Assembly: GCA_964562805.1 (NCBI GenBank)
Contig: CAZLUT010000001.1
Location: 32,574-96,573, forward strand
Length of the DNA: 64,000 bases
Source: an uncultured bacterium
GTDB lineage: Bacteria > Omnitrophota > Omnitrophia > Omnitrophales > CAZLUT01
Direction: 5' to 3'
The first letter of the stretch is position 1, and every line of letters starts with the position of its first letter. Of this stretch, positions 55,510 to 64,000 are shown piece by piece. The notes beneath the pieces are model-generated. The model was given only the letters and a program-made list of their open reading frames with translations, did no database searches and had not been told where the DNA came from. Made by a program: the position numbers and the translations under genes.

Positions 55510-58500
55510 ATGTCTTCATCCTCTAATTTTCTAGAAAATCTTTATAAAACAGCACCTGTCGGTCTCTGTTATTTTGACCGGGAATTTCGTTTTGCTTACG
55601 TTAATGATTGGCTGCTGGATATACTTCAAAGGCCAGCTTCTGAAATTCTTGGAAAGAAATTTGCTGATTTGGTTCCTGAGATAGCGCACCAAATTGAACC
55701 ACAGCTGCATGAAATGGTCGAAACGCGTAAACCCCTTCTCAATCTTGAAACTACAGGCTCTGTTCCCCCGGACATTCATAAAATCAGAACCTTTCTTGCG
55801 AACCACTACCCAATCTTTTCTAAGACGGGGGAATTTGAGGGTATTAGTGTGGTCGTTCAAGATGTAACCGAAAGAAAAAAGGCCGAAGAGGCTTACAAAA
55901 AGAGTGAAGAAAAGTTTCGAGCTCTAGCTGAGCAGTCTCCGAACATGATTTTTATTAATGCGAATGGGCGTGTTGTTTACGCCAATCAAAGATGTGAAGA
56001 AATTATCGGCTATTCCCATGAAGAATTTTATGCGCCTGATTTCAATTTTAAAACTTTGATTTCCTCTAGGCATTTGGAGAAAGTCGAAGCAAATTTTCGT
56101 AAGCACATGGAAGGCAGGGAAGTTGAGCCGTATGAATATGATATTGTCACCAAAGACGGAAAAATACTTCCTACCATCATAACTACTAAACTTATTAATT
56201 ATGAAAAGGGAAAAGCGATTCTCGGTATCGTTACTGATATTACTGAATACAAAGCCGCTCAAGGAGCCGTTATCAAGGCTAAAGAGGAGTTAGAAGGTAA
56301 GGTTGAAGAGCGGACTAGTGACCTTGTTAAAACAAATCAGGAGCTTGAAGAAGCGCTTAAGCAAAGAAAGGAAGCTGAAGAGGCTTTAAGGGCTTCAGAA
56401 GAAAAATGACGATCGCTTGTTGATAATGCCCCCAGCACTATTATTCTTTCGGACCGCGAGGGGAAAATTCAATTTATAAACAAAACAGGCGCTCAGGGAG
56501 GGGATCCCGAGCGAGTGGTCGGCGCAAATATTTTTGATTACATCGCACCTTCTTTTCATAACACAGTTCGAAAAGCTATCGAAAAAACATTTCGAACGGG
56601 CCAGCCTGGATTTTATGAATGTCAGGGCACCACACCCAATGGTGAGACTTATTGGTATGAAACCCACATCGGCCCAATTAAGTCTGACCATGAAACCACC
56701 GCGGTAATTTTATTTGCTGTTAATACCACTGAGAGAAAACTGGTTGAAAAATATTTACGTGACCAAGATGAGCTGCTTAAAAATATTATTACTAACATCC
56801 CGGCTTATGTTTCTTGGAAAGACCGGGACGCTGTTTATTTAGGAAGTAATGAAACGTTTGCGAAAGCCGCTGGGTTTTCCGGTCCCAAAGAACTGGTGGG
56901 CAAGACCGACTATGATATGGCATGGGAAAAGGAGAAAGCTGATTTCTATAGAAAGTGCGACAAGGAAGTTATAGAGAGTAATCAGCCTATGCTCAATGTC
57001 GAAGAAACCCAGCATCGGGCTGACGGCTCGAAAATAGTTCTTTTAACAAATAGGGTTCCCTTAAGGGATATTAATGGGCAGGCGATTGGCGTACTGGGAA
57101 TTAATTATGATATGACCGAGCGCAAGCGCGCGGAAGAAGCGTTGAAAGAATCTGAAGTAAAATACCGCACCCTGTTTGAGTCAGCCGCCGAGGGCATTAT
57201 TTTAGCTAATATCAAAACTAAAAAATTTCATTTCGCTAATCCTGCTATTTGTAACCTCTTAGGATATACCCAGGAAGAACTTCTTGAGATGAGCGTTGAG
57301 AATATTCATCCAAAAGAATCTCTGGGTGAAGTGAGCGCCGCTTTTGAAGAGCAAGTGCGGCAAGGCGGGGGACTTGCCCTGGGCTTACCTTGCAAGAGGA
57401 AAGACGGATCGGTCATTTATGTAAATATTAACGCAGCCATGATGCGTATTGGCGACATTGATTTTATGGTGGGATTTTTTATGGATATTACCGAGAGTAG
57501 AAAAATTCAAGAGGCACTTCAAGAAAGCGAAGCCCAATTTAGGGCGCTTTTTGAAACCTCATCCGATGCCATTATGCTTCTTGATGAAAAGGCATTTTTT
57601 GACTGCAATGAAGCCACGCTAAAATTATTTGGCGTACCGACAAAAAAGGAATTTACAACCTTTCACCCTGCCGAATTGTCTCCTCCTTATCAGCCAAATG
57701 GTGTTGATTCAATGACGATGGCAAACCAAAGGATTAAAGAAGCTTACACAACCGGCAAAAATCAGTTTGAGTGGATGCATCGGAGAACTAACGGAGAAGA
57801 TTTTCCGGCTGAGGTGTGGCTGAGTGTTTTGACGTTAAAGGGCAAAAAGGTGCTTCAAGCCACTGTGCGTGATATTTCTGAAAGAAAACACAGGGAAGCC
57901 CTGGAAGCTAAATCCGAATTTTTATCAATGGTATCCCATGAGCTTAAAACACCACTTCATTGTATTGCGGAGGGAATTAATATCGTTTTAGATGGTGCGG
58001 CAGGAAAAATTAATCGTGAGCAAAAAGAGATGCTTTCAACTTCTAAAAAAAGCGTCGATAGGTTGAGCCGCCTGATCACAAGCGCTCTCAGTTACCAGAG
58101 ATTGGAAGCCGACTCAATCGCTTTAGAAGAAGGTCATTATAATGTGAATGAATTGATTACTGGTATTGGCACACTGCTTGACGCATTTGTTAGAGCCAGA
58201 CGCATAAAATTTAAACTGAATTTAACCAAACCATTGCCGCGTGTTTGGTGTGACCGTGACAAAATTATTCAAGTGCTTTGGAACTTGATTGATAATGCCT
58301 TTAAACATACCCACAAGGGAACTGTTACTATCTCGACAGCGCTTGATAAAAGAAAAAATATGGTCAAGGTATCCGTTAAAGATACGGGTGTTGGAATTGA
58401 AAAATCGAGATTGGATAAACTTTTTAATGGCCTTAAGAATCATCGAAATAATCACCCAACCGGTGCGGCGGGCAGCGGTCTAGGGTTGATTATTTCAAAG

Positions 58501-58626
58501 CGGATTATAGAGCATCACGGCGGCACTATAACAGTTGAATCAAAGCGCCGGGCGGGAAGCATATTTTCTTTTATGCTGCCCATAAAAAAGACTAAGAAAA
58601 AGTTTGTAGAAAGGAGAAAGAAATGA
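55510..58626 (+). pseudogene. Multi-PAS sensor histidine kinase interrupted by one in-frame TGA (56407-56409); appears as ORFs 55510-56409 and 56515-58626
   Basis: Both ORFs share a frame and the gap reads as the start of a PAS domain (SEEK*RSLVDNAP..). The C-terminal part has SHELKTPL, NLIDNA.K, DTGVG and GSGLGL. Confidence 0.8.
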
Positions 58627-59123
58627 AGAAATATTTAATAGTGGGACTAGTGCTTTTAATGAGCGCCTCTTTTGCCCTTGCGCCCCAGGCGGCTTTTGCT
58701 GATGGAGGCAAAGGTAGTGCGGGTCAGTGCGAAATGGCAAAGAAATTTTTTGGAAAAGTAAAAATGATTTACATGAACCAAAAAGAGCTTGATGTATCTG
58801 ATAAGCAGATGGAGAAGATAAAAAAGCTTAAGATTGATACTAAAAAATATCTTATCGAACAGAATGCCAAGATAGATCTGTTAAAGGTTGATATTAAGGT
58901 TCATCTTTGGGAGCCGAAAGTTGATACCGGAAAAGTGAATAAGCTGGTTGATAAAAAATACGATCTTAAAAAGGATAAGGTTAAATATTTAGTTAAGTCT
59001 TACGCGAGCTTGAAAAAGATTCTCTCGGACGAGCAGATGGACAAGCTGAAAGATATTTATCTTGCTTCTAAAAAGGAGAAAAATAAACATAAAAAATGTC
59101 CGTTGTTGAGTTGGAAGAAATAA
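58623..59123 (+). CDS. Exported Spy/CpxP/ZraP-like helical periplasmic protein
   Basis: Signal peptide ending AFA; two L(T/S)xEQ-like motifs (LDVSDKQ, ILSDEQ). Confidence 0.75.
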   Translation: MKKYLIVGLVLLMSASFALAPQAAFADGGKGSAGQCEMAKKFFGKVKMIYMNQKELDVSDKQMEKIKKLKIDTKKYLIEQNAKIDLLKVDIKVHLWEPKVDTGKVNKLVDKKYDLKKDKVKYLVKSYASLKKILSDEQMDKLKDIYLASKKEKNKHKKCPLLSWKK

Positions 59124-59138
59124 ACAAGATCTAAAAGT

Positions 59139-59178
59139 AAAAAAAGCGGCAGGGGATAAAACCCCTCGCCGCTTTTTT
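59139..59178. terminator. Bidirectional Rho-independent terminator between convergent genes
   Basis: aaaaaaa-gcggcagggg-ataaaa-cccctcgccgc-tttttt. Confidence 0.88.
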
Positions 59179-59242
59179 ATGTGTTTTGTGCTTTGTGTTT
59201 TATTTGTGTTTTGTTGTTTGTGCTTTGTGTTTTTGGTCTGCT

Positions 59243-60073
59243 CTAGAAGTAATCTGCCAAATTTTCAATTTTCCTTGCTTCTTCGACCTTCCCGCGTTTC
59301 TTGGCTCCTTCGGAATAAATAGCACATTTAATCCGCAGCTCTTCAATAGCCTGGGCGGCTTGTTTTTTGTTAAGAGGATGATTCATGAGAAGATTTTTGA
59401 TTGATTGGATTCGATAGTAATCCATGGCTGAGTAAGCCTGGGAAAGTTGGTCAGAATGCCCTCCTCGTTTAATAATTAAAGGCTCCTTAATAAATTCAAT
59501 CTTATATCTGTAACTAATCCGAAGCCATAAATCATAATCCTCACAAACAGGAAGTGTTTCATCAAAAGGACCGACTTTTTCTAGAAGAGCCCGGCTCATA
59601 ATAGTAGCCGAGGGACTTACGACGCAAAGCTCTAAGCACCGCTCAAAAATATCACCCCCTGATTTTTGATGCTTCTTCATTGGGTTGACGCGTTTTCCAT
59701 CCCGAATCCACATCTCTTCGGTTTGGCAGATTTGGATATCCGGGTGTTCTTTGAGATAATTCATTTGCACTTCAAGTTTCTTCGGGTACCACAAATCATC
59801 AGAGTCCAGAAAAGCTATCCAAGGCGAGCTTGATTTTTCGATACCCCGGTTACGGGCATAGGAAACACCCCGGTTTTCTTCAAAAGTGAGGGAACGAAGA
59901 TTGATTTTAGACTGGTAAATCTTTAAGATGTCGGGTGTTAAATCGTTTGAACCGTCATTAATGACAATGACTTCAAAGTCACGGTAAGTTTGCTTTTCAA
60001 GCGAATCTAGAGCTTCCCTTAGAAGGTGAGCTCGGTTATAAGTTGGAATAATAACGCTAACTTTGGGATTCAT
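59243..60073 (-). CDS. Glycosyltransferase family 2
   Basis: VSVIIPTYNR, NDGS.D, ARNRG, FLDSDD, EDYDLWLR. ATG 60073 preferred. Confidence 0.95.
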   Translation of the reverse strand: MNPKVSVIIPTYNRAHLLREALDSLEKQTYRDFEVIVINDGSNDLTPDILKIYQSKINLRSLTFEENRGVSYARNRGIEKSSSPWIAFLDSDDLWYPKKLEVQMNYLKEHPDIQICQTEEMWIRDGKRVNPMKKHQKSGGDIFERCLELCVVSPSATIMSRALLEKVGPFDETLPVCEDYDLWLRISYRYKIEFIKEPLIIKRGGHSDQLSQAYSAMDYYRIQSIKNLLMNHPLNKKQAAQAIEELRIKCAIYSEGAKKRGKVEEARKIENLADYF

Positions 60074-60102
60074 GGCGTTATGGTACCTAAGGGAGAAAAG
60101 AA

Positions 60103-60663
60103 GTGGAATCATTTTCGGAATTTAAAATCAAAGATTACTTAAGAGATCTCGCTTCAGCTAAGCCGTCTCCGGGCGGAGGTTCAGCGGCGGGTATCGTAAC
60201 GGCTCTTGGATGCGGTCTTATCAGCAAGGTTGCCGTTATTAGCCAAGCTAAGAATGAAGAAAGTAATTTTGATAGCGAAATTCAAGAAGCCGAAACGCTG
60301 CAAAAAGCTTCTTTGAAGCTTTCGGACTTGGATGCCGAGGTTTATGCTGATGTGGTTAAGGCTTACAAAGTAAAAGCCACCACTGATGATGAAAAATCCA
60401 AAAGACGGGATGCTATCGATGAAGCTTTAAAAAAAGCCTTTGATGTTCCTTATCAACTTTTAGAAATAATTAAAAAGGGTGAGAGCTTACGGAAAAAACT
60501 TCTCAAGAAAACGAGCGGTGCTATCGCAAGCGATCTTGACGTAGCCGAGAACTTTTTTGGAGGTGCCCATAAAAGCACTCGGCATTTAGCGGAGGGAAAC
60601 TTGGCCTGTATAAAAAACGAAACTATCAAAAACGAGTTAAAAAAGATGCTGGAGACGCTTTAA
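60103..60663 (+). CDS. fchA: Methenyltetrahydrofolate cyclohydrolase (FTCD_C / FchA family)
   Basis: LAS..PSPGGGSAAG, D.EVY..V..AY, SD..VA; directly upstream of folD. Confidence 0.85.
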   Translation: MESFSEFKIKDYLRDLASAKPSPGGGSAAGIVTALGCGLISKVAVISQAKNEESNFDSEIQEAETLQKASLKLSDLDAEVYADVVKAYKVKATTDDEKSKRRDAIDEALKKAFDVPYQLLEIIKKGESLRKKLLKKTSGAIASDLDVAENFFGGAHKSTRHLAEGNLACIKNETIKNELKKMLETL

Positions 60664-61526
60664 TGGCAGTAGAATTATTAAAAGGTAAAGAGATCGCCCT
60701 TGTCTTAAAAGAAAAAATTAAAAAAGACGTCGAGGCAATAAAAAAAGAACATAATAAAGTTCCAACCTTGGTTGTCCTGAAGGCCAACACCGACCACGCT
60801 TCTGATATTTATCTTAAGAGTCAGCAAAAAACAGCAGACGAACTCGGAATTAATTATGAAGTGAGAGATTTTGACCCCAAAAAGGGTGTGAGCGCTTTTA
60901 TAAAAGATATCAAAGAGCTTAATCAGGATGCTTCGGTTAATGGAATTATGATCCAACTGCCCTTGCCCGAAGGTTGGGACGCGGACCGGCTTCATGGAGT
61001 TTTGGATCCCAAAAAAGATGTTGAAGGCGTTTCACCCGAAAATTTAGGTCTTATTGTCTTAAAAAAAGAAGTGATTGTTCCTTGTACAGCTCAAGCTGTT
61101 ATGGAAATCTTGCGCTTTTCCGCAGTGCCTCTTTATGGGGCTGAGGTGGTTATTGTTGGTTCCAGTTTTATTGTGGGAAGACCGGTCGCGATGCTTCTTA
61201 TGAGAGAAAGATCAAGTGTGCATGTTTTAGGCTCTGCTTCTTCAAAAAATAACACATTAGAAGGGCATGTGAAGAATGCCGATATTGTTATTGCCTGTGC
61301 GGGACAGGCACATTTAATTAAAGGCGATTGGATAAAAAAAGATGCCGTCGTAATCGATGTAGGTATCAATAAATTAGATGGCAAGACCGTAGGAGACGTG
61401 GAATTTGAAACGGCAGAAAAACAAGCCTCTAAAATCACGCCGGTTCCTGGGGGCGTAGGACCTTTGACCGTAACCATTCTGATGCAGAACCTTATCCGTG
61501 CTTTCCGCTGGCAGACCGAAAAATAG
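60663..61526 (+). CDS. folD: Methylenetetrahydrofolate dehydrogenase (FolD family)
   Basis: GIMIQLPLP, KDVEG, PCT, VIDVGIN, ITPVPGGVGPLT. Confidence 0.96.
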   Translation: MAVELLKGKEIALVLKEKIKKDVEAIKKEHNKVPTLVVLKANTDHASDIYLKSQQKTADELGINYEVRDFDPKKGVSAFIKDIKELNQDASVNGIMIQLPLPEGWDADRLHGVLDPKKDVEGVSPENLGLIVLKKEVIVPCTAQAVMEILRFSAVPLYGAEVVIVGSSFIVGRPVAMLLMRERSSVHVLGSASSKNNTLEGHVKNADIVIACAGQAHLIKGDWIKKDAVVIDVGINKLDGKTVGDVEFETAEKQASKITPVPGGVGPLTVTILMQNLIRAFRWQTEK

Positions 61527-61553
61527 GAAGTATCAGTTTGTGGGAGAGTAATT

Positions 61554-62420
61554 TTGCATAAAATTGTTTCTAAAAAAGAAATGGCAGGGGGTACTGTCTA
61601 TGAATTTGTAGTCGAGGCCCCCAAAATTGCGGCTAAGGCAAAGCCGGGGCAATTTATTTTGTTGCGTGCCAATGAGGAAGGTGAACGGATCCCTTTAACA
61701 ATCGCGGATCCTAATAAGGAACAGGGCACCATCGCTCTCATTTTTCAGGTAGTTGGTAAAACCACCGCTTTATTGAAGACTTTAAATGTGGGAGACGAGA
61801 TTTTAGATGTGGTAGGCCCTCTAGGGAAACCAACTCATGTCGAAAAATTGGGCACTGTTATTTGTATAGGCGGTGGAACAGGCACAGCCGTTCTTTACCC
61901 AATCACAAAAGCCTTTAAAACAATCGGCAATAAGGTGATTTCTATTTTGGGCGCCAGGAATAAAGATCTGATTATTTTGGAAGATAAAATGAAAAGCGTA
62001 AGTGATCAGCTTGAAATTTCTACGGATGATGGTTCTAAGGGCGTCAAGGGTCTTGTAACGTATGTTTTGGAGAAAATTCTGGAAGAAGATAAGAAGGAAA
62101 AAAAAGTAAAGCTTATTATCGCGATCGGCCCCGTACCCATGATGAAATTTGTTTCAAAATTAACAAAAAAATACGACGTTAAGACATTGGTGAGTCTTAA
62201 TCCGATTATGGTGGATGGCACTGGTATGTGCGGCGGTTGCCGGGTATCAGTGGGCGGGGAGACTAAATTTTGCTGCGTTGATGGGCCTGAGTTTGATGGA
62301 CATCAAGTTGATTTTGATGAACTGACAATGCGGCTTCGCGCCTATTCAAACCACGAGCGGTGTGCTATGGATAAATGCAGACTGCAAAAAGAAGCGAACA
62401 AGCTGGAAGGTGATAGGTGA
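61554..62420 (+). CDS. nfnA: Electron-bifurcating transhydrogenase small subunit (NfnA/SudB-like)
   Basis: PGQF, GERIPLTIAD, GPLG, SLNPIMVDGTGMCGGCRV, CVDGPEFDGH. Confidence 0.9.
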   Translation: MHKIVSKKEMAGGTVYEFVVEAPKIAAKAKPGQFILLRANEEGERIPLTIADPNKEQGTIALIFQVVGKTTALLKTLNVGDEILDVVGPLGKPTHVEKLGTVICIGGGTGTAVLYPITKAFKTIGNKVISILGARNKDLIILEDKMKSVSDQLEISTDDGSKGVKGLVTYVLEKILEEDKKEKKVKLIIAIGPVPMMKFVSKLTKKYDVKTLVSLNPIMVDGTGMCGGCRVSVGGETKFCCVDGPEFDGHQVDFDELTMRLRAYSNHERCAMDKCRLQKEANKLEGDR

Positions 62421-62423
62421 TAG

Positions 62424-63827
62424 GTGGTAGGTGATAGCAAAAACCAAAAGGTTCCCCGGCAGGCGATGCCCCAGCAGGATCCGGAGGTACGAAAAAAAAA
62501 TTTTAATGAAGTGCCTTTGGGGTACTCATCCGAAGCAGCCCAGCTTGAAGCGCACCGTTGTCTTCAGTGCAAAAAACCAAAATGTGTTTTAGGCTGTCCC
62601 GTTAGCATTGATATCCCCGGGTTCATTAAATGTATTGCCGAAGGAGATTTTGAGGGTTCAGCTAAAAAGCTTAAAGAAAAAACATGTCTACCTGCTGTTT
62701 GCGGAAGAGTCTGTCCTCAAGAAGATCAGTGTGAAAGCGCCTGTGTGGTCGGCATTAAAGATAAACCGGTCGCTATTGGTTATTTGGAACGATTCGCTTC
62801 GGATTGGGAACGGTTTCAAAAAAAGATCTTAATACCGAAAAAAAAGCCGGCCACAGGTAAAAAAATTGCTGTCGTCGGAAGTGGCCCCGCCGGAATCACA
62901 GTAGCCGGAGACCTTATTATTAAAGGGCATGATGTTACTATTTTTGAGGCCTTTCATAAGCCGGGCGGTGTTTTAATCTACGGTATCCCGGAATTTCGCT
63001 TACCCAAAGAAATTGTTGAAACTGAAATTGCATATCTAAAAAAAATAGGGGTCAAAATCGAATGCAATTCAGTTATTGGCCGAATTGAGTCAGTTGATGA
63101 ATTGCTCAAAGAAGGTTTTGACGCGGTTTTTATAGGTGTGGGAGCAGGGCTCCCCATGTTTATGAGTGTTCCCGGCGAGAATCTTTGCGGAATTTATTCC
63201 GCTAATGAGTATTTAACACGTGCTAACCTGATGAAAGCCTATCTGTTCCCAAATTATGATACTCCGATAGCGAAGGGGAAAGACGTTTGCGTAATTGGGG
63301 CCGGTAATGTCGCAATTGATGCCGCGCGTACAGCACTTCGCTTGGGTGCTGAGCGGGTCCAAGTGGTTTACCGCCGTTCCCGCAAGGAAATGCCGGCTCG
63401 TGAGGAAGAAATTCATCATGCCGAAGAAGAGGGGATTTTGTTCCATGTTTTAACAAGTCCTACGCGCTTTATTGGCAGTGAATCAGGTTGGGTAACGGGT
63501 ATGGAGTGTGTCAATATGCAGTTGGGAGATATCGATGAATCGGGCAGAGCCAGACCTGTTCCTATTAAAGGTTCGGAGCATGTTCTTAAATGTGATTTGG
63601 TTGTAGTTGCTATCGGCTCGAGTGCCAACCCTTTACTTACGGCAACAACCCCTGATTTAAACACCAATAAACGGGGTTATATTACGGCTGACCTAGAAAC
63701 CGGAAAAACTTCGAAACAGGGAGTTTGGGCCGGTGGTGATATTGTAACGGGTGCCGCCACAGTAATTTTGGCCATGGGGGCAGGCCGTAAAGCTGCTGAT
63801 TCGATACACGAGTATTTAACTTCATAA
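62424..63827 (+). CDS. nfnB: NfnB/SudA large subunit (often annotated NADPH-dependent glutamate synthase GltA/GltD-like)
   Basis: RCLQC...C..GCP, CGRVCPQE.QCE, GSGPAG, YGIPEFRLP, GAGNVA.D, GGDIVTGAATVILAM; paired with nfnA. Confidence 0.9.
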   Translation: MVGDSKNQKVPRQAMPQQDPEVRKKNFNEVPLGYSSEAAQLEAHRCLQCKKPKCVLGCPVSIDIPGFIKCIAEGDFEGSAKKLKEKTCLPAVCGRVCPQEDQCESACVVGIKDKPVAIGYLERFASDWERFQKKILIPKKKPATGKKIAVVGSGPAGITVAGDLIIKGHDVTIFEAFHKPGGVLIYGIPEFRLPKEIVETEIAYLKKIGVKIECNSVIGRIESVDELLKEGFDAVFIGVGAGLPMFMSVPGENLCGIYSANEYLTRANLMKAYLFPNYDTPIAKGKDVCVIGAGNVAIDAARTALRLGAERVQVVYRRSRKEMPAREEEIHHAEEEGILFHVLTSPTRFIGSESGWVTGMECVNMQLGDIDESGRARPVPIKGSEHVLKCDLVVVAIGSSANPLLTATTPDLNTNKRGYITADLETGKTSKQGVWAGGDIVTGAATVILAMGAGRKAADSIHEYLTS

Positions 63828-63898
63828 GAGCAGCAAAATTATCTGAAAAACTTTTGAATATTTTTACCACACCCCACGTCTAACCGTTAGAGGAGCCT

Positions 63899-64000
63899 AT
63901 GAAAGATGAAGATCTCGGCTTAGTCAATAAGGCTAAGGCGGGCGAGAAAAAGGCATTCTCAGAATTGATAAAGCGGTATTACGAAATGGTATATGCGGTC
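63899..64000 (+). CDS. ECF RNA polymerase sigma factor, 3' truncated by the window edge
   Basis: RBS gaggag; MKDEDLGLVNKAKAGEKKAFSELIKRYYEMVYAV matches the typical ECF sigma N-terminus. Confidence 0.75.
   Translation, partial: MKDEDLGLVNKAKAGEKKAFSELIKRYYEMVYAV

Noticed and set aside
56407-56409. TGA as evidence of genome-wide recoding or selenocysteine
   Set aside because: TGA is the normal stop of many intact genes here (e.g. ends at 1258, 2019, 37174, 46909, 50166), and the position calls for an aromatic residue rather than Cys.
2031-59234. Short repeat runs as CRISPR arrays
   Set aside because: Units are degenerate 7-mers without unique 30-40-nt spacers, and there are no cas genes.
38-63870. 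Many short ORFs overlapping long genes on the opposite strand or in other frames (e.g. 13031-13408, 16475-16960, 46967-47401, 51323-51709, 54610-54885, 59186-59404)
   Set aside because: They are shadows of well-supported genes or of repeats, with no recognisable motifs.

Overview
A 64-kb bacterial chromosomal window (AT-rich, genetic code 11, diderm gene content). Most of it is housekeeping or envelope genes: rlmN, ychF, rnhA, mlaEFD, suhB, icd, mdh, hflKC, pabB, purH, folC, mnmE, fchA-folD and nfnAB. The overall style suggests a PVC-group organism such as Omnitrophota, but that is only an inference. The standout is 5355-22813, two translationally coupled giant ORFs (2742 and 3076 aa) built to the same plan. 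Each has a signal-peptide-like leader, then 10 cargo modules (mostly about 150-480 aa) separated by a short linker [G/A]-[K/A/R/Q]-S-[L/M]-G, then a conserved ~200-aa C-terminal domain ending in -AA. There are 22 intact linker copies, conserved as peptide but not as DNA. Modules include a HATPase, receiver domains, a four-copy His-containing helical domain, a methyltransferase, GNAT-like domains, an arginase-like metallohydrolase and unknown domains, duplicated and shuffled within and between the two genes. This looks like a cassette polyprotein, possibly a processed effector system. A secreted beta-propeller/TolC-like gene is transcribed divergently from it. Other observations: a four-helix-bundle gene inside a perfect 32-bp inverted heptamer repeat, with many gene-less relatives; an Mla transporter nested in a partner-switching operon; a carbohydrate-binding domain split by a large insertion; a PAS kinase broken by one in-frame TGA; and a FolD lacking the cyclohydrolase lysine next to fchA. 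No rRNA, tRNA, CRISPR array, integrase or transposase was recognised. All domain calls are by eye, without database searches.
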